The notes beneath the pieces were generated by a model. That model made no database searches and was not told the origin of the DNA. It worked only from the letters and a program-made list of their open reading frames with translations. Shown piece by piece: positions 7,508-17,088 of a stretch of DNA of 64,000 nt. Made by a program: the position numbers and the translations under genes. The stretch comes from an uncultured Planctomycetales bacterium (GTDB lineage Bacteria > Omnitrophota > Gorgyraeia > Gygaellales > Profunditerraquicolaceae): contig CAZAPM010000001.1 of NCBI GenBank assembly GCA_964487475.1, positions 122,086 through 186,085 of the forward strand, written 5' to 3'. Position 1 is the stretch's first letter; the number at the start of each line of letters is the position of its first letter.

Positions 7508-10137
7508 ACGCGAATACCGTCCGTCAGAAATACCTGGATTTTTTCAAGCAGAAGGGGCATAAAGCCGTTGCCAGCGATTCCCTGGTGCCGAAGAACGACC
7601 CGACCCTGCTCTTTACCACAGCGGGGATGAACCAGTTCAAGATGCAGTTCTTAGGCATGGTCACGGATTACCGCCGGGCGACCTCTTCGCAGCGGTGCCT
7701 GCGCACGGACGACCTGGACAAGGTGGGTAAGACCGACTGCCATCACACCTTCTTCGAGATGCTGGGGAATTTCTCCTTCGGCGATTATTTCAAGAGGGAG
7801 GCGATCCTCTGGGCCTGGGAGTTCCTGACCCGGGAGCTCAAGCTCGACCGTGAGCGGTTGTGGGTCTCGGTGTATAAGGACGACACGGAAGCGTTCGATA
7901 TCTGGAAGGATGAGGTCAAGTTCCCGGAATCCAGGATCGTGCGGCTCGGGGATAAGGATAATTTCTGGCCTTCGGAAGCGAAAGAGAAGGGCCCGAACGG
8001 CCCCTGCGGCCCCTGCTCGGAGATCTTCGTGGACTTAGGCCCCCAGACCGGATGCAAAAAACCCGGATGTTCCCCGGCGTGCAGCTGCGGCCGTTTCATC
8101 GAGATCTGGAACCTGGTGTTCACCCAGTTCAACCGTAAGGAAGGCGGGGTGCTCGAGCCTTTGCCCCAGAAGAATATCGATACCGGGATGGGGTTGGAGC
8201 GTATCACCGCGGTGATGCAGGGCAAGACCAATAATTTCGAGACCGATCTTTTCCAGCCGGTGATCAAAGAGATACTGGCCAAGGCGAAAGTGTCGCCGAA
8301 ACAGGAAGTGGTGTATGCGCTCGCCGATCATCTGCGGGCGGTGGCGTTCACCATCCTGGACGGGGTGATGCCCTCCAACGAGTTCCGGGGGTATGTCATC
8401 CGCAAGTTGATCCGGAAATCCGTGCTGCACCTGTATTCCCTGGGGATCAAGGAGCCTTTTCTGTATGCGTTAGTGCCGGTGCTGGCAGAGGTGATGTCCG
8501 TGCCGTACCCGGAGCTTAAAGAACGCCGGGAGAATGTCTCCCAGGTGATCCAGGCGGAGGAGAGGAATTTCATCGCGATCCTGGAGGAGAGCGGGGCGCT
8601 GCTGGAGGAGAAGTTCGCGGCAGTGAAAGCGCGTCCGGATGCGAAGCAGGCCGGGCAGATCGCGTTCCTGCTCAACGATACCTACGGTATCCCTTTTGAC
8701 CTGACCCAGGAGTGGGCGCTGCAGCAGGGGATCGAGATAGACAAGTCCGCGTTCGATGAGGGGCGGCTGGAGCAGAGCGTGCGTTCCCGGCAGCACAGCA
8801 AGATGCAGGGGGATGTCTTCGACGTCAAGGAAGCGCAGCTGCGCAATGTCGCAGCATCTATTTTTGTCGGATACGAGTCCATGAAGGCGCCGGCGGAGGG
8901 GGAAGCCTTACCGCAGGTCATCGCGTTGGTCAATCAGGAAGGTGATCTGGTCAACGAGCTGGGGAATGCTTCGCAGGGGCAGGTGATACTCGACCGCACG
9001 CCTTTTTACGCGGAATCAGGAGGTCAGGCCGGGGATGCGGGCACGATCACCTTTGAGGGGGGGTCTTTCGTCGTTGAGGATACGCATAAGGTGGAGAAGG
9101 TGTTCTTGCATAAGGGGCAGGTCAAAGGCGGGGCGCTCAAAGTAGGGGTCAAGGTCACGGCGGAAGTGAATGCCGGCCGGCGCCTGGACATCATGCGTAA
9201 CCACACCGCCACGCACCTTTTGCAGGCGGCGCTGCGCAAAGTGCTCGGGGAGCATGTGCAGCAGCAGGGGTCGATGGTCGCCGCCGACCGTTTCCGTTTC
9301 GATTTCGCGCATTTCAAGGCTTTGACCGACGAGGAGCTTGCGCACGTCGAGGCGTTCGTCAACGAGCAGGTGATCGTCAACCATGCCGTCACCAAGAAGG
9401 TCATGGATCAGGATGAGGCGAAAGCCGCGGGCGCCCTGGCGTTCTTCGGGGATAAATACGAGGATAAGGTGCGCGTGGTGGCGGTCCCGGGGGTCTCGCA
9501 GGAGCTCTGCGGGGGCACGCATCTGGATTCGACCGGACAGATCGGTCTTTTCAAGATCATCTCCGAAAGCTCGGTGGCCAGCGGGGTGCGCCGTATCGAA
9601 GGCGTGACCGGCAAGGCGGCGTACGAGCTGATCCGGCAGCAGCAGGGGATCCTCAATGAAGTAGCGGAGACGCTGCGCGTGCCGCGGGAGAAGCTGGCAT
9701 CCGAGGTGCAGAAAAAACTGGCGCGGATCAAGGAGCTGGAAAAGCAGCTTTCCTCCGCGAAGAGCGGATCGGTGATCTCGGTGATCGACGAGGCGGTCAG
9801 GCAGGCAGAGGAGATCGCGGGGATCAAGGTGGTGGCGAGAATGCTCGAAGCGGCGGATATGGCACAGATCAGAAGCGCCATGGATGCGGCCAAGCAGAAG
9901 CTGGGAAGCGGCGCGGTGGCGCTCGCCGGAGTATCCGAGGGGAAGGTTGCTTTGGGTATCGGCTTTACTCCCGATCTGGTGGCCAAAGGTTTCGACGCCG
10001 GGGCGGCAGTGCGTGAAGTGGCCCCTTTGATCGGCGGAAGCGGCGGAGGCCGCAAGGATTTTGCGCAGGCGGGCGGCAGCGATGAGTCGGGTATCAATAA
10101 GGCGTTCGAGAAGTTCAAGAACTGGTTGAGGAAATAG
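7504..10137 (+). CDS. alaS: alanyl-tRNA synthetase
   Basis: 877 aa. Class II aaRS N-terminus FTTAGMNQFK. Editing-domain HTATHLL..AL. C-terminal DHHA1-like GGGRKDFAQAGG. ATGA overlap with recX. Confidence 0.97.
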   Translation: MNANTVRQKYLDFFKQKGHKAVASDSLVPKNDPTLLFTTAGMNQFKMQFLGMVTDYRRATSSQRCLRTDDLDKVGKTDCHHTFFEMLGNFSFGDYFKREAILWAWEFLTRELKLDRERLWVSVYKDDTEAFDIWKDEVKFPESRIVRLGDKDNFWPSEAKEKGPNGPCGPCSEIFVDLGPQTGCKKPGCSPACSCGRFIEIWNLVFTQFNRKEGGVLEPLPQKNIDTGMGLERITAVMQGKTNNFETDLFQPVIKEILAKAKVSPKQEVVYALADHLRAVAFTILDGVMPSNEFRGYVIRKLIRKSVLHLYSLGIKEPFLYALVPVLAEVMSVPYPELKERRENVSQVIQAEERNFIAILEESGALLEEKFAAVKARPDAKQAGQIAFLLNDTYGIPFDLTQEWALQQGIEIDKSAFDEGRLEQSVRSRQHSKMQGDVFDVKEAQLRNVAASIFVGYESMKAPAEGEALPQVIALVNQEGDLVNELGNASQGQVILDRTPFYAESGGQAGDAGTITFEGGSFVVEDTHKVEKVFLHKGQVKGGALKVGVKVTAEVNAGRRLDIMRNHTATHLLQAALRKVLGEHVQQQGSMVAADRFRFDFAHFKALTDEELAHVEAFVNEQVIVNHAVTKKVMDQDEAKAAGALAFFGDKYEDKVRVVAVPGVSQELCGGTHLDSTGQIGLFKIISESSVASGVRRIEGVTGKAAYELIRQQQGILNEVAETLRVPREKLASEVQKKLARIKELEKQLSSAKSGSVISVIDEAVRQAEEIAGIKVVARMLEAADMAQIRSAMDAAKQKLGSGAVALAGVSEGKVALGIGFTPDLVAKGFDAGAAVREVAPLIGGSGGGRKDFAQAGGSDESGINKAFEKFKNWLRK

Positions 10138-10139
10138 CC

Positions 10140-11366
10140 ATGAAGATCATCCGTTACAACAGCAAACAGCTGGAGAAGATCTATCAGCGTCAGTTCGGCC
10201 GCAACCGCCGGGTGGAGGAGAAGGTGCGCAAGATACTCGACGACGTACGCCTTGACGGCGACGACGCGCTCCTGCGCTATACCCGCAAGTTCGACCAGGT
10301 GAAGTTACAGCCCAGGCAGCTGAAGGTTTCCCAGATCGAGATCTCCGGCGCGTACCAGAACATCACCCCGAATTTCGTCTCCACCCTCAAGGTGGTCATC
10401 GAGAACGTGAACCGTTTTTATAAGAAATCCCTGCGTAAATCCTGGAGGCTCAAGGACGGTGACGGGATGGTGCTGGGCGAGGATTACGTGCCGCTGGAGC
10501 GGGTGGGGGTCTATATCCCCGCGGGCACCGCGCCGCTGGTCTCGACCGTGTATATGACGGTGCTGCCGGCAAAGATCGCGGGGGTCAAGAAAGTGGCCAT
10601 GGTCAGCCCCCCGGATGAGAACGGGTTCATCAACCCGCACATCCTGGTGGTCGCGGACCTGCTGAAAGTGGATGAGATATACCGGGTAGGAGGCGCGCAG
10701 GCGATAGGCGCGCTGGCATACGGCACCAAGACCATCCCCAAGGTGGATAAGATCGTCGGGCCGGGCAATCAGTATGTGACCGAGGCCAAGCGCCAGGTCT
10801 TCGGGCACGTGGATATTGACATGGTCGCCGGGCCGACCGAGCTGGTGATCATCGCCAACCGTTTCAGCGACCCGAAGTTCATCATCGCGGACCTGAAAGC
10901 CCAGGCCGAGCATCACGGAGGGCTGGCGATACTCATCACCAACTCCAAGGGGTTGGCCAAGGAGATCAAGGCCGCAATGGACGGGGCCAACGGCCAGATC
11001 ATCCTGACCAAGAATCTGGCGCAGGCGGTGGAGATCGCCAATAAGATCGCTCCCGAGCATCTCGAGGTGCTGGTGCAGAATCCGAGGGATATCGCCAGGC
11101 AGATCAGGAACGCCGGCGCGATCTTCCTCGGGCCGTACAGCCCGACCGCGGTGGGGGATTACGTCGCCGGGCCCAGCCACGTGCTGCCGACCTCCGGCAC
11201 CGCGCGGTTCTTCTCCGGGCTTTCGGTCTCGGATTTCATCAAGACCAATCATATCATCGGGTATTCGAAGAAGGCGCTGGAGAAGGTGCGCGAACCGCTG
11301 GAGAAGATCGCGGGGATCGAAGGGCTCTCCAAACATCTGGAATCGGTGAAAGCGAGGTTCTCATAA
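10140..11366 (+). CDS. hisD: histidinol dehydrogenase
   Basis: IVGPGNQYVTEAKR, DMVAGPTE, AEHHGG, HLE motifs of HisD. Confidence 0.95.
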   Translation: MKIIRYNSKQLEKIYQRQFGRNRRVEEKVRKILDDVRLDGDDALLRYTRKFDQVKLQPRQLKVSQIEISGAYQNITPNFVSTLKVVIENVNRFYKKSLRKSWRLKDGDGMVLGEDYVPLERVGVYIPAGTAPLVSTVYMTVLPAKIAGVKKVAMVSPPDENGFINPHILVVADLLKVDEIYRVGGAQAIGALAYGTKTIPKVDKIVGPGNQYVTEAKRQVFGHVDIDMVAGPTELVIIANRFSDPKFIIADLKAQAEHHGGLAILITNSKGLAKEIKAAMDGANGQIILTKNLAQAVEIANKIAPEHLEVLVQNPRDIARQIRNAGAIFLGPYSPTAVGDYVAGPSHVLPTSGTARFFSGLSVSDFIKTNHIIGYSKKALEKVREPLEKIAGIEGLSKHLESVKARFS

Positions 11367-11968
11367 TGCGCAAGGCGACCATTGCACGCAACACTACGGA
11401 AACGAAGATCACCGCCACGGTCAATGTCGACGGAAGCGGCAAGGCGAAAGTGGATACCGGCATCGGGTTCCTCGACCATATGCTGCAGCTTTTTGCCTTC
11501 TGGGGATTTTTCGATCTCGATATAAAGGCCAAGGGCGACCTGAAGGTGGATGCGCACCATACCAATGAGGATATCGGCCTGGTGCTGGGGCAGGCGTTCA
11601 AAAAGGCGCTGGGGGATAAGAAGGGTATCCGGCGCGTAGGCTTCGCCTCCGTGCCGATGGAGGAAGTGACCGCACACGCGGCCATCGATATCAGCGGCCG
11701 CGGGTCGCTCGCGTTCGGGTCCTGCTGCCGGGGGGCACTCAAGTCCGCGGCTCAGGAGGGGTACAAGATCGAGTACGCCCAGCATTTCTTCGATTCTTTC
11801 GCCAAACAGTCGGGGATCAACCTTAACATTTCCATCGAGAATCCCGGCAGGGACCTGCATGCCACGCTCGAGCCCGCGTTCAAGGCGTTAGGCATCGCGC
11901 TGGATATGGCCACGCAAAAGGATCCCCGCCGCAAGGGCGTGCCTTCGACCAAAGGCGTTATCGACTAA
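11366..11968 (+). CDS. hisB: imidazoleglycerol-phosphate dehydratase
   Basis: GIGFLDHML and HHTNEDIG IGPD motifs. Begins at the hisD stop. Confidence 0.95.
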   Translation: MRKATIARNTTETKITATVNVDGSGKAKVDTGIGFLDHMLQLFAFWGFFDLDIKAKGDLKVDAHHTNEDIGLVLGQAFKKALGDKKGIRRVGFASVPMEEVTAHAAIDISGRGSLAFGSCCRGALKSAAQEGYKIEYAQHFFDSFAKQSGINLNISIENPGRDLHATLEPAFKALGIALDMATQKDPRRKGVPSTKGVID

Positions 11969-11982
11969 AGGTCTTTTCTGCT

Positions 11983-12588
11983 ATGATCACCATCATCGAT
12001 TACGGGATGGGCAACATCCACAGCGTACAAAAGGCGATGGAATCCCTGGGCGCCGGTACGCAGGTGGTGGAATCCGCCCGGGAGATCGCGCAGGCCGGCA
12101 AGTTGGTGCTGCCGGGCGTAGGCGCTTTCGATGACGCCATGCAGGTGCTTAAGGCCAAGGGGCTTGTCCCGGCGATCCGGGAGTATGCCGCTTCGGGCAA
12201 GGCTCTGTTGGGTATTTGCCTCGGCATGCAGCTTTTCTTCGATACCAGCGCGGAAGCGGTCCGCGAGACCGGGCTGGGGATCATGGCCGGAAGCGTGGAG
12301 AAGTTCGATCCGGCGGTGAGCGGCAAGGTGCCGCACATGGGCTGGAACAGGCTTACCGTATCCGGCAAGTCGCCGCTGATGGCGGGGATCCCGCAGGGAG
12401 CATACGTGTATTTCTGCCACTCGTATTACTGCGCACCCCGCGAGGATGCGCTGGTCGCGGCGCGCGCTTCCTACGGAGTGGAGTTTGCCGCCGTGGTGCA
12501 GCAGGGTAACGTCTACGGGGTGCAGTTCCACCCGGAGAAGAGCCAGGATGTGGGTCTGCAGATACTGAGGAATTTTATCGCCTTATGA
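11983..12588 (+). CDS. hisH: imidazole glycerol phosphate synthase, glutamine amidotransferase subunit
   Basis: IIDYGMGN. GICLGMQ catalytic Cys. GVQFHPEKS. Confidence 0.95.
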   Translation: MITIIDYGMGNIHSVQKAMESLGAGTQVVESAREIAQAGKLVLPGVGAFDDAMQVLKAKGLVPAIREYAASGKALLGICLGMQLFFDTSAEAVRETGLGIMAGSVEKFDPAVSGKVPHMGWNRLTVSGKSPLMAGIPQGAYVYFCHSYYCAPREDALVAARASYGVEFAAVVQQGNVYGVQFHPEKSQDVGLQILRNFIAL

Positions 12589-13307
12589 TCATTTATCCTG
12601 CGATCGATCTGCGGGGCGGAGAGGTGGTGCGGCTGTTCCAGGGGGATTTTTCCGCCAGCAAGACGTATTCCCGGGACCCGGTGCAGATCGCGCTGGAGTG
12701 GGCCGGACAGGGTGCCGAGATCCTGCACGTGGTCGATCTCGACGGCGCGGCGCAGGGCGTACCGTCGAACCTGGAGGTAGTGCGCTCCATCGTGCAGAAG
12801 GCGAAGGTCCCGGTGCAGTGCGGCGGCGGGGTCAGGAGCCTGGAGACGGTCAGGATGCTGCTGGATGCCGGGGTCTCGAGGGTGGTGCTGGGTACTAAGG
12901 CCGTCGAGGATAAAGACTTCCTGGAGGCGGCGTATGCCGCGTACGGGGCAAAGGTAATTGTCAGCCTGGATGCGCGGCAGGGCATCCTGCAGGTGCGGGG
13001 ATGGCAGGAGAAAAGCGCCGGGATAGAGGCGGTGGTGTTCGCGGCCGGGCTCAAGGCGCTGGGTTTTACGGAAGTGATCTACACGGATATTTCCAAGGAC
13101 GGCACGCTTAAAGGTCCGAACATCTCCGAGATGACGGAGCTGGCGCGTTCCTCGGGATTGCGGGTCATCGCTTCGGGAGGAGTATCTTCCCTGGATGATA
13201 TCCGCCGCCTGGCGGAATGCGAAGGGCAGGGGATCAGCGGCGTGATAGTAGGCAAGGCTTTGTATGAGCACAGGTTCACTTTAACCGAGGCGCTTCGGGC
13301 GGCTTGA
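12585..13307 (+). CDS. hisA: ProFAR isomerase
   Basis: MIIYPAIDLRGGEVVRL... TIM barrel. SGGV.S..D. Confidence 0.93.
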   Translation: MIIYPAIDLRGGEVVRLFQGDFSASKTYSRDPVQIALEWAGQGAEILHVVDLDGAAQGVPSNLEVVRSIVQKAKVPVQCGGGVRSLETVRMLLDAGVSRVVLGTKAVEDKDFLEAAYAAYGAKVIVSLDARQGILQVRGWQEKSAGIEAVVFAAGLKALGFTEVIYTDISKDGTLKGPNISEMTELARSSGLRVIASGGVSSLDDIRRLAECEGQGISGVIVGKALYEHRFTLTEALRAA

Positions 13308-13326
13308 TCGTTCACAAGGAGAGCAT

Positions 13327-13770
13327 ATGAAAAGGATGACGGCAGTGGCGGCGGGTGTTGCGGTAGCGGCAATGTTGAGCGGTTGCGCGACGGGCAGGAA
13401 ACAGCAGAACGCGGAGATGGAGAACCTGCGGGGGCAGGTGTCCTCCTTAGAGGCGCAGCTGCAGTCCAGGGACGCGGAGATCGCGTCGCTGCGGCAGACC
13501 ATGGAGCAGATATCCGCCCAGATGCAGCAGGCGCAGGCGCTGGCAGCTAGCGACGTGGACGAGGCGAAATCCCGTCCCAGCGTCAAGCAGGTCCAGACCG
13601 CCCTGGAGAACGCCGGGTACGACGTGGGCACGGTCGACGGCAGGATGGGCAGGAAGACCCGCGAGGCGATCCGCGCCTTCCAGAGGGCGAACGGCCTTCC
13701 GGTCGACGGAAAAGCCGGGAAAAAGACCTGGGAACTGCTCAAAGAGTACCTGACCAAGAAGACCAAGTAA
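13327..13770 (+). CDS. lipoprotein with coiled-coil region and C-terminal peptidoglycan-binding (PG_binding_1-like) domain
   Basis: Signal peptide with lipobox LSGC. Gln/Ala-rich heptad-like segment. C-terminal [43 protein letters not shown] matches the PG_binding_1 consensus. Sits between hisA and hisF. Confidence 0.7.
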   Translation: MKRMTAVAAGVAVAAMLSGCATGRKQQNAEMENLRGQVSSLEAQLQSRDAEIASLRQTMEQISAQMQQAQALAASDVDEAKSRPSVKQVQTALENAGYDVGTVDGRMGRKTREAIRAFQRANGLPVDGKAGKKTWELLKEYLTKKTK

Positions 13771-13772
13771 GT

Positions 13773-14528
13773 ATGCTCGCCAAGAGGATCATCCCCTGCC
13801 TGGATATCAAGGAGGGCAGGGTGGTAAAAGGGGTAAAGTTCGTCGAGCTGCGCGATGCCGGGGACCCGGTGCAGGTGGCCAAAGCCTATGACGCCGCCGG
13901 GGCCGATGAGCTGGTGTTCCTGGATATCACCGCCAGCCATGAAGAGCGCAAGACCCTGGTCGAGCTGGTGGAAAGGATCGCGCGCACCATCTATATGCCT
14001 TTTACCGTGGGCGGGGGGATCGCTTCCGTGGAGGACATTCGCGGATTGCTTAACGCCGGCGCGGATAAGGTGTCCCTGAACACCGCGGCGGTGCGCGAGC
14101 CTTCCCTGGTGACGGAGGCCTCGGCTAAGTTCGGCAGCCAGTGCATCGTGGTGGCGATCGACGCGAAAAGAGGCAGCGGCCGCTGGCAGGTATACACGCA
14201 CGGCGGACGCAAGGCAACGGGGATCGATGCCGTGGCCTGGGCTAAAGAAGTGGTGAAGCTCGGCGCCGGAGAGATCCTGCTTACCAGCATGGATTGCGAC
14301 GGCACCAAGCAGGGGTATGACCTGGAGCTGACCAAAGCGGTGTCCGAGGCGGTGTCCGTGCCGGTGATCGCCTCGGGCGGAGCGGGCGCTCCGGAGCATT
14401 TCGAGGAAGTGCTGACCAAGGCAAAAGCGGATGCGGCGCTGGCGGCGTCGCTGTTCCATTACCAGGAGCTGACCGTCGCGCAGGTCAAACGATATTTACG
14501 CGATAAAGGAGTCGAGGTACGCATATGA
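13773..14528 (+). CDS. hisF: imidazole glycerol phosphate synthase cyclase subunit
   Basis: [16 protein letters not shown] and SGGAG HisF motifs. Confidence 0.95.
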   Translation: MLAKRIIPCLDIKEGRVVKGVKFVELRDAGDPVQVAKAYDAAGADELVFLDITASHEERKTLVELVERIARTIYMPFTVGGGIASVEDIRGLLNAGADKVSLNTAAVREPSLVTEASAKFGSQCIVVAIDAKRGSGRWQVYTHGGRKATGIDAVAWAKEVVKLGAGEILLTSMDCDGTKQGYDLELTKAVSEAVSVPVIASGGAGAPEHFEEVLTKAKADAALAASLFHYQELTVAQVKRYLRDKGVEVRI

Positions 14529-14875
14529 AGGCTGAGGAAAAGAAGGACGTGAAGGTCGCAGATCTCAAATTTGACGAAAAGGGGCTGATCCCGACGATTA
14601 TCCAGGAGTACAAGACCGGGGAAGTGCTGATGCTGGCGTATATGAACGCCGAGTCCATCAAGCGCACCATGAAGCTGGGCAAGACCTGCTTCTGGTCCCG
14701 TTCCCGCCAGGAGTACTGGGTCAAGGGGGAGACTTCGGGGCATTACCAGTTCGTCAAGTCCGTATCCTTCGACTGCGATCTCGACGCTTTGCTGATCAAG
14801 GTGCGGCAGATCGGGCCGGCGTGCCACACGAACAACGTTTCCTGTTTTTACCGGAAGTTCAAATTGGCGAAATAA
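14525..14875 (+). CDS. hisI: phosphoribosyl-AMP cyclohydrolase
   Basis: 116 aa. [22 protein letters not shown]...CHTN. Cyclohydrolase only, no HisE part. Confidence 0.9.
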   Translation: MKAEEKKDVKVADLKFDEKGLIPTIIQEYKTGEVLMLAYMNAESIKRTMKLGKTCFWSRSRQEYWVKGETSGHYQFVKSVSFDCDLDALLIKVRQIGPACHTNNVSCFYRKFKLAK

Positions 14876-14910
14876 TGAAACGTAACTTTCGGAAAGCACG
14901 GATGTATGCT

Positions 14911-14962
14911 TCGCTTAAGGTGTGGCCGCTCGAGTCTTTAGAGAATGGCCACACATGCGCTC
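14911..14962 (+). repeat. conserved ~52-nt structured motif, copy 1 (TCGCTTAAGG-stem-GCTCGAG-N5-AGAGAATGG-stem'-ATGCGCTC), intergenic hisI/trpE
   Basis: Near-identical blocks shared with 19327-19380. The variable arms GTGTGGCC / GGCCACAC are perfectly complementary. Confidence 0.55.
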
Positions 14963-14992
14963 AGCACACATCCGCGCTTTCCGATAGATAAC

Positions 14993-16483
14993 ATGTTCAA
15001 TCCATCATTTCAGGAATTTAAAAAGCTGGCGAAACAGGGGAACGTTGTTCCTGTGTATAAGGAGATCAACGCCGACCTGGATACGCCGGTCTCTGCCTTC
15101 CTTAAGATACGGGAGAAGGGCTACGCCTTCCTCCTGGAGTCCGTGGAAGGACAGGAGAAGATCGGCCGTTACTCTTTCCTGGGGACTTCGCCCTCGTTGG
15201 TCTTTACCAGCAAGGGCCGGCGTATCAGCATACGGTATCCCGCGACCGGCCGGGTGAAGGAGTTCGATACCGCGACCGACCCCCTGGACGAGGTGCGCAC
15301 CCTCATGCAGGGATACAAGGACGTGCCGGTTCCCGGGCTGCCCAGGTTCTACGGCGGGATGGTCGGGTATTTAGGGTATGATATGGTGCGTTTTTTCGAG
15401 GATATCCCGGATAAGAACCCGGATGAACTCCATCTGCCGGATTCGGTGCTGATGCTCACCGATACCATCCTGATCTTCGACCACGTCAAGCATACCATCA
15501 AGATCGTCAGCAACTGCCTGCTGGGCGGGAACGGGAAAAAGGGCAGGTCAGAGGCTTCCCTTTCAGCCGTATACCGCCAGGCCGTGCGCCGGATCGAGAC
15601 TTATGAGGCGCTCCTGGGCAAGGCCGTACCGGCTGCCAGCCGGGTGCACCATACCGGCCGCGGGGCCCGGATCACTTCGAACTTTAAAAAAGAAGAGTTT
15701 CATGGTATAGTTGATAAGTCTAAAAAGTACATCAAAGCAGGGGATATCATCCAGGTGGTGCTTTCGCAGCGTTTCGCTGCCCGCACGGATAAGGCGCCGT
15801 TCGATATGTACCGTACGCTGCGCAGCCTCAACCCCTCACCGTATATGTTCTTTCTCCAGATGGACGGGTTCCATCTGGTCGGTTCATCCCCCGAGATCCT
15901 GGTGCGATGCGAGGACAGGGTAGGGGTGGTGCGTCCTATCGCGGGTACCCGGCCGCGGGGAAGGGACGAGCAGGAGGATCTGGAGCTGGAGCGCGAGCTT
16001 CTGGCGGACCAGAAGGAAAGGGCCGAGCATCTGATGCTGGTGGACCTCGGCCGCAACGACCTGGGCCGGGTCTCCAAGCCGGGCAAGGTCAAAGTGACCG
16101 AGTTCATGACCGTGGAGCGGTATTCCCACGTGATGCATCTGGTCAGCGAGGTGCAGGGTATCCTCGAGAACAAGTACGACATCTACGATTGCCTGCGGGC
16201 GAGTTTCCCGGCCGGGACGGTTTCCGGCAGTCCCAAGATCCGGGCGATGGAGATCATAGATGAGCTGGAGAAGACCCGCCGCGGGCCGTACGCCGGAAGC
16301 GTCGGGTATTTCAGCTTCTCGCACAACATGGATATGTGCATTACCATCAGGACGATCATGCACAAAGGAAATACTGCCTACGTCCAGGCAGGAGCGGGGA
16401 TAGTGGCGGATTCGCTGCCCGCGCGTGAATATCGGGAGACCGAGCAAAAAGCCAAGGCCTTGATAGAGGCGATCAGCAAGTAA
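14993..16483 (+). CDS. trpE: anthranilate synthase component I-like chorismate-binding enzyme (TrpE/PabB family)
   Basis: N-terminal FKKLAKQGNVVPVYKEINADLDTPVSAF typical of TrpE. C-terminal chorismate-binding motifs LMLVDLGRND, PAGTVSGSPK, GPYAGSVGYF. Start taken at ATG 14993 because the track start at 14945 overlaps the conserved motif. Confidence 0.85.
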   Translation: MFNPSFQEFKKLAKQGNVVPVYKEINADLDTPVSAFLKIREKGYAFLLESVEGQEKIGRYSFLGTSPSLVFTSKGRRISIRYPATGRVKEFDTATDPLDEVRTLMQGYKDVPVPGLPRFYGGMVGYLGYDMVRFFEDIPDKNPDELHLPDSVLMLTDTILIFDHVKHTIKIVSNCLLGGNGKKGRSEASLSAVYRQAVRRIETYEALLGKAVPAASRVHHTGRGARITSNFKKEEFHGIVDKSKKYIKAGDIIQVVLSQRFAARTDKAPFDMYRTLRSLNPSPYMFFLQMDGFHLVGSSPEILVRCEDRVGVVRPIAGTRPRGRDEQEDLELERELLADQKERAEHLMLVDLGRNDLGRVSKPGKVKVTEFMTVERYSHVMHLVSEVQGILENKYDIYDCLRASFPAGTVSGSPKIRAMEIIDELEKTRRGPYAGSVGYFSFSHNMDMCITIRTIMHKGNTAYVQAGAGIVADSLPAREYRETEQKAKALIEAISK

Positions 16484-16494
16484 GGAGGAGTTTC

Positions 16495-16731
16495 ATGGCA
16501 GTACGTATTCGTATGAGAAGGATCGGCAAGAACCCCAAGAAGCAGCCGCATTTCCGCATCACCGTCTTCGAGGAGACCAGGAACCGCGACGGAAGGCTCA
16601 TCGAGGAGCTGGGATATTACACCCCCGTGACGGGCGTGGTCAAGCTGGATAAGGAACGGTACGCGCACTGGATCAAGATGGGCGCGCAGCCGACGGATAC
16701 CATCAAGTCGATCGTGAAGAAGCAGAAATAA
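16495..16731 (+). CDS. rpsP: 30S ribosomal protein S16
   Basis: MAVRIRMRRIGKNPKKQPHFRI... Confidence 0.95.
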   Translation: MAVRIRMRRIGKNPKKQPHFRITVFEETRNRDGRLIEELGYYTPVTGVVKLDKERYAHWIKMGAQPTDTIKSIVKKQK

Positions 16732-16794
16732 TTGAACTGACACCCGGCCTTATCGGAGCGGCCGGTGTTGCCCTTTCTGGGCAAGGAGGCTTTA

Positions 16795-17079
16795 ATGCCG
16801 CAGGGAGCAGCTTTGAGCCAGATGCTTTTGATGCTGGTGATCTTCGGGATCTTCTATTTTCTGGTGATCATGCCCCAGAAGAAGAAGGAGAAGGAGCATC
16901 AGGAGACGTTGAACAAACTGGCGAAGAACGACGAAGTGATCACCGCTGCGGGGATCCACGGCACGGTGGTCAATGTCAAGGATAAGACGGTGATCGTGCG
17001 GGTAGACGAGAACGTCAAGATCGAGATGGAAAAAAGCAGTATCGCAGTGGTGAAAAGACAACCCGGTATCTCGAAATAA
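16795..17079 (+). CDS. yajC: preprotein translocase subunit YajC
   Basis: Single TM helix. DEVITAAGIHGTVVNVKDKTVIV YajC motif. RBS AAGGAGG before ATG 16795. Confidence 0.9.
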   Translation: MPQGAALSQMLLMLVIFGIFYFLVIMPQKKKEKEHQETLNKLAKNDEVITAAGIHGTVVNVKDKTVIVRVDENVKIEMEKSSIAVVKRQPGISK

Positions 17080-17088
17080 GGACCGTAC

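Noticed and set aside
13281-14459. 392-aa minus ORF spanning the lipoprotein and hisF
   Set aside because: Antisense to hisF, which has clear HisF motifs, and to the lipoprotein with its signal peptide/lipobox. The translation is Arg/His/Gly-rich.
14525-14875. Bifunctional HisIE
   Set aside because: Only 116 aa. It matches the cyclohydrolase (HisI) half alone, and no pyrophosphohydrolase (HisE) segment is present.
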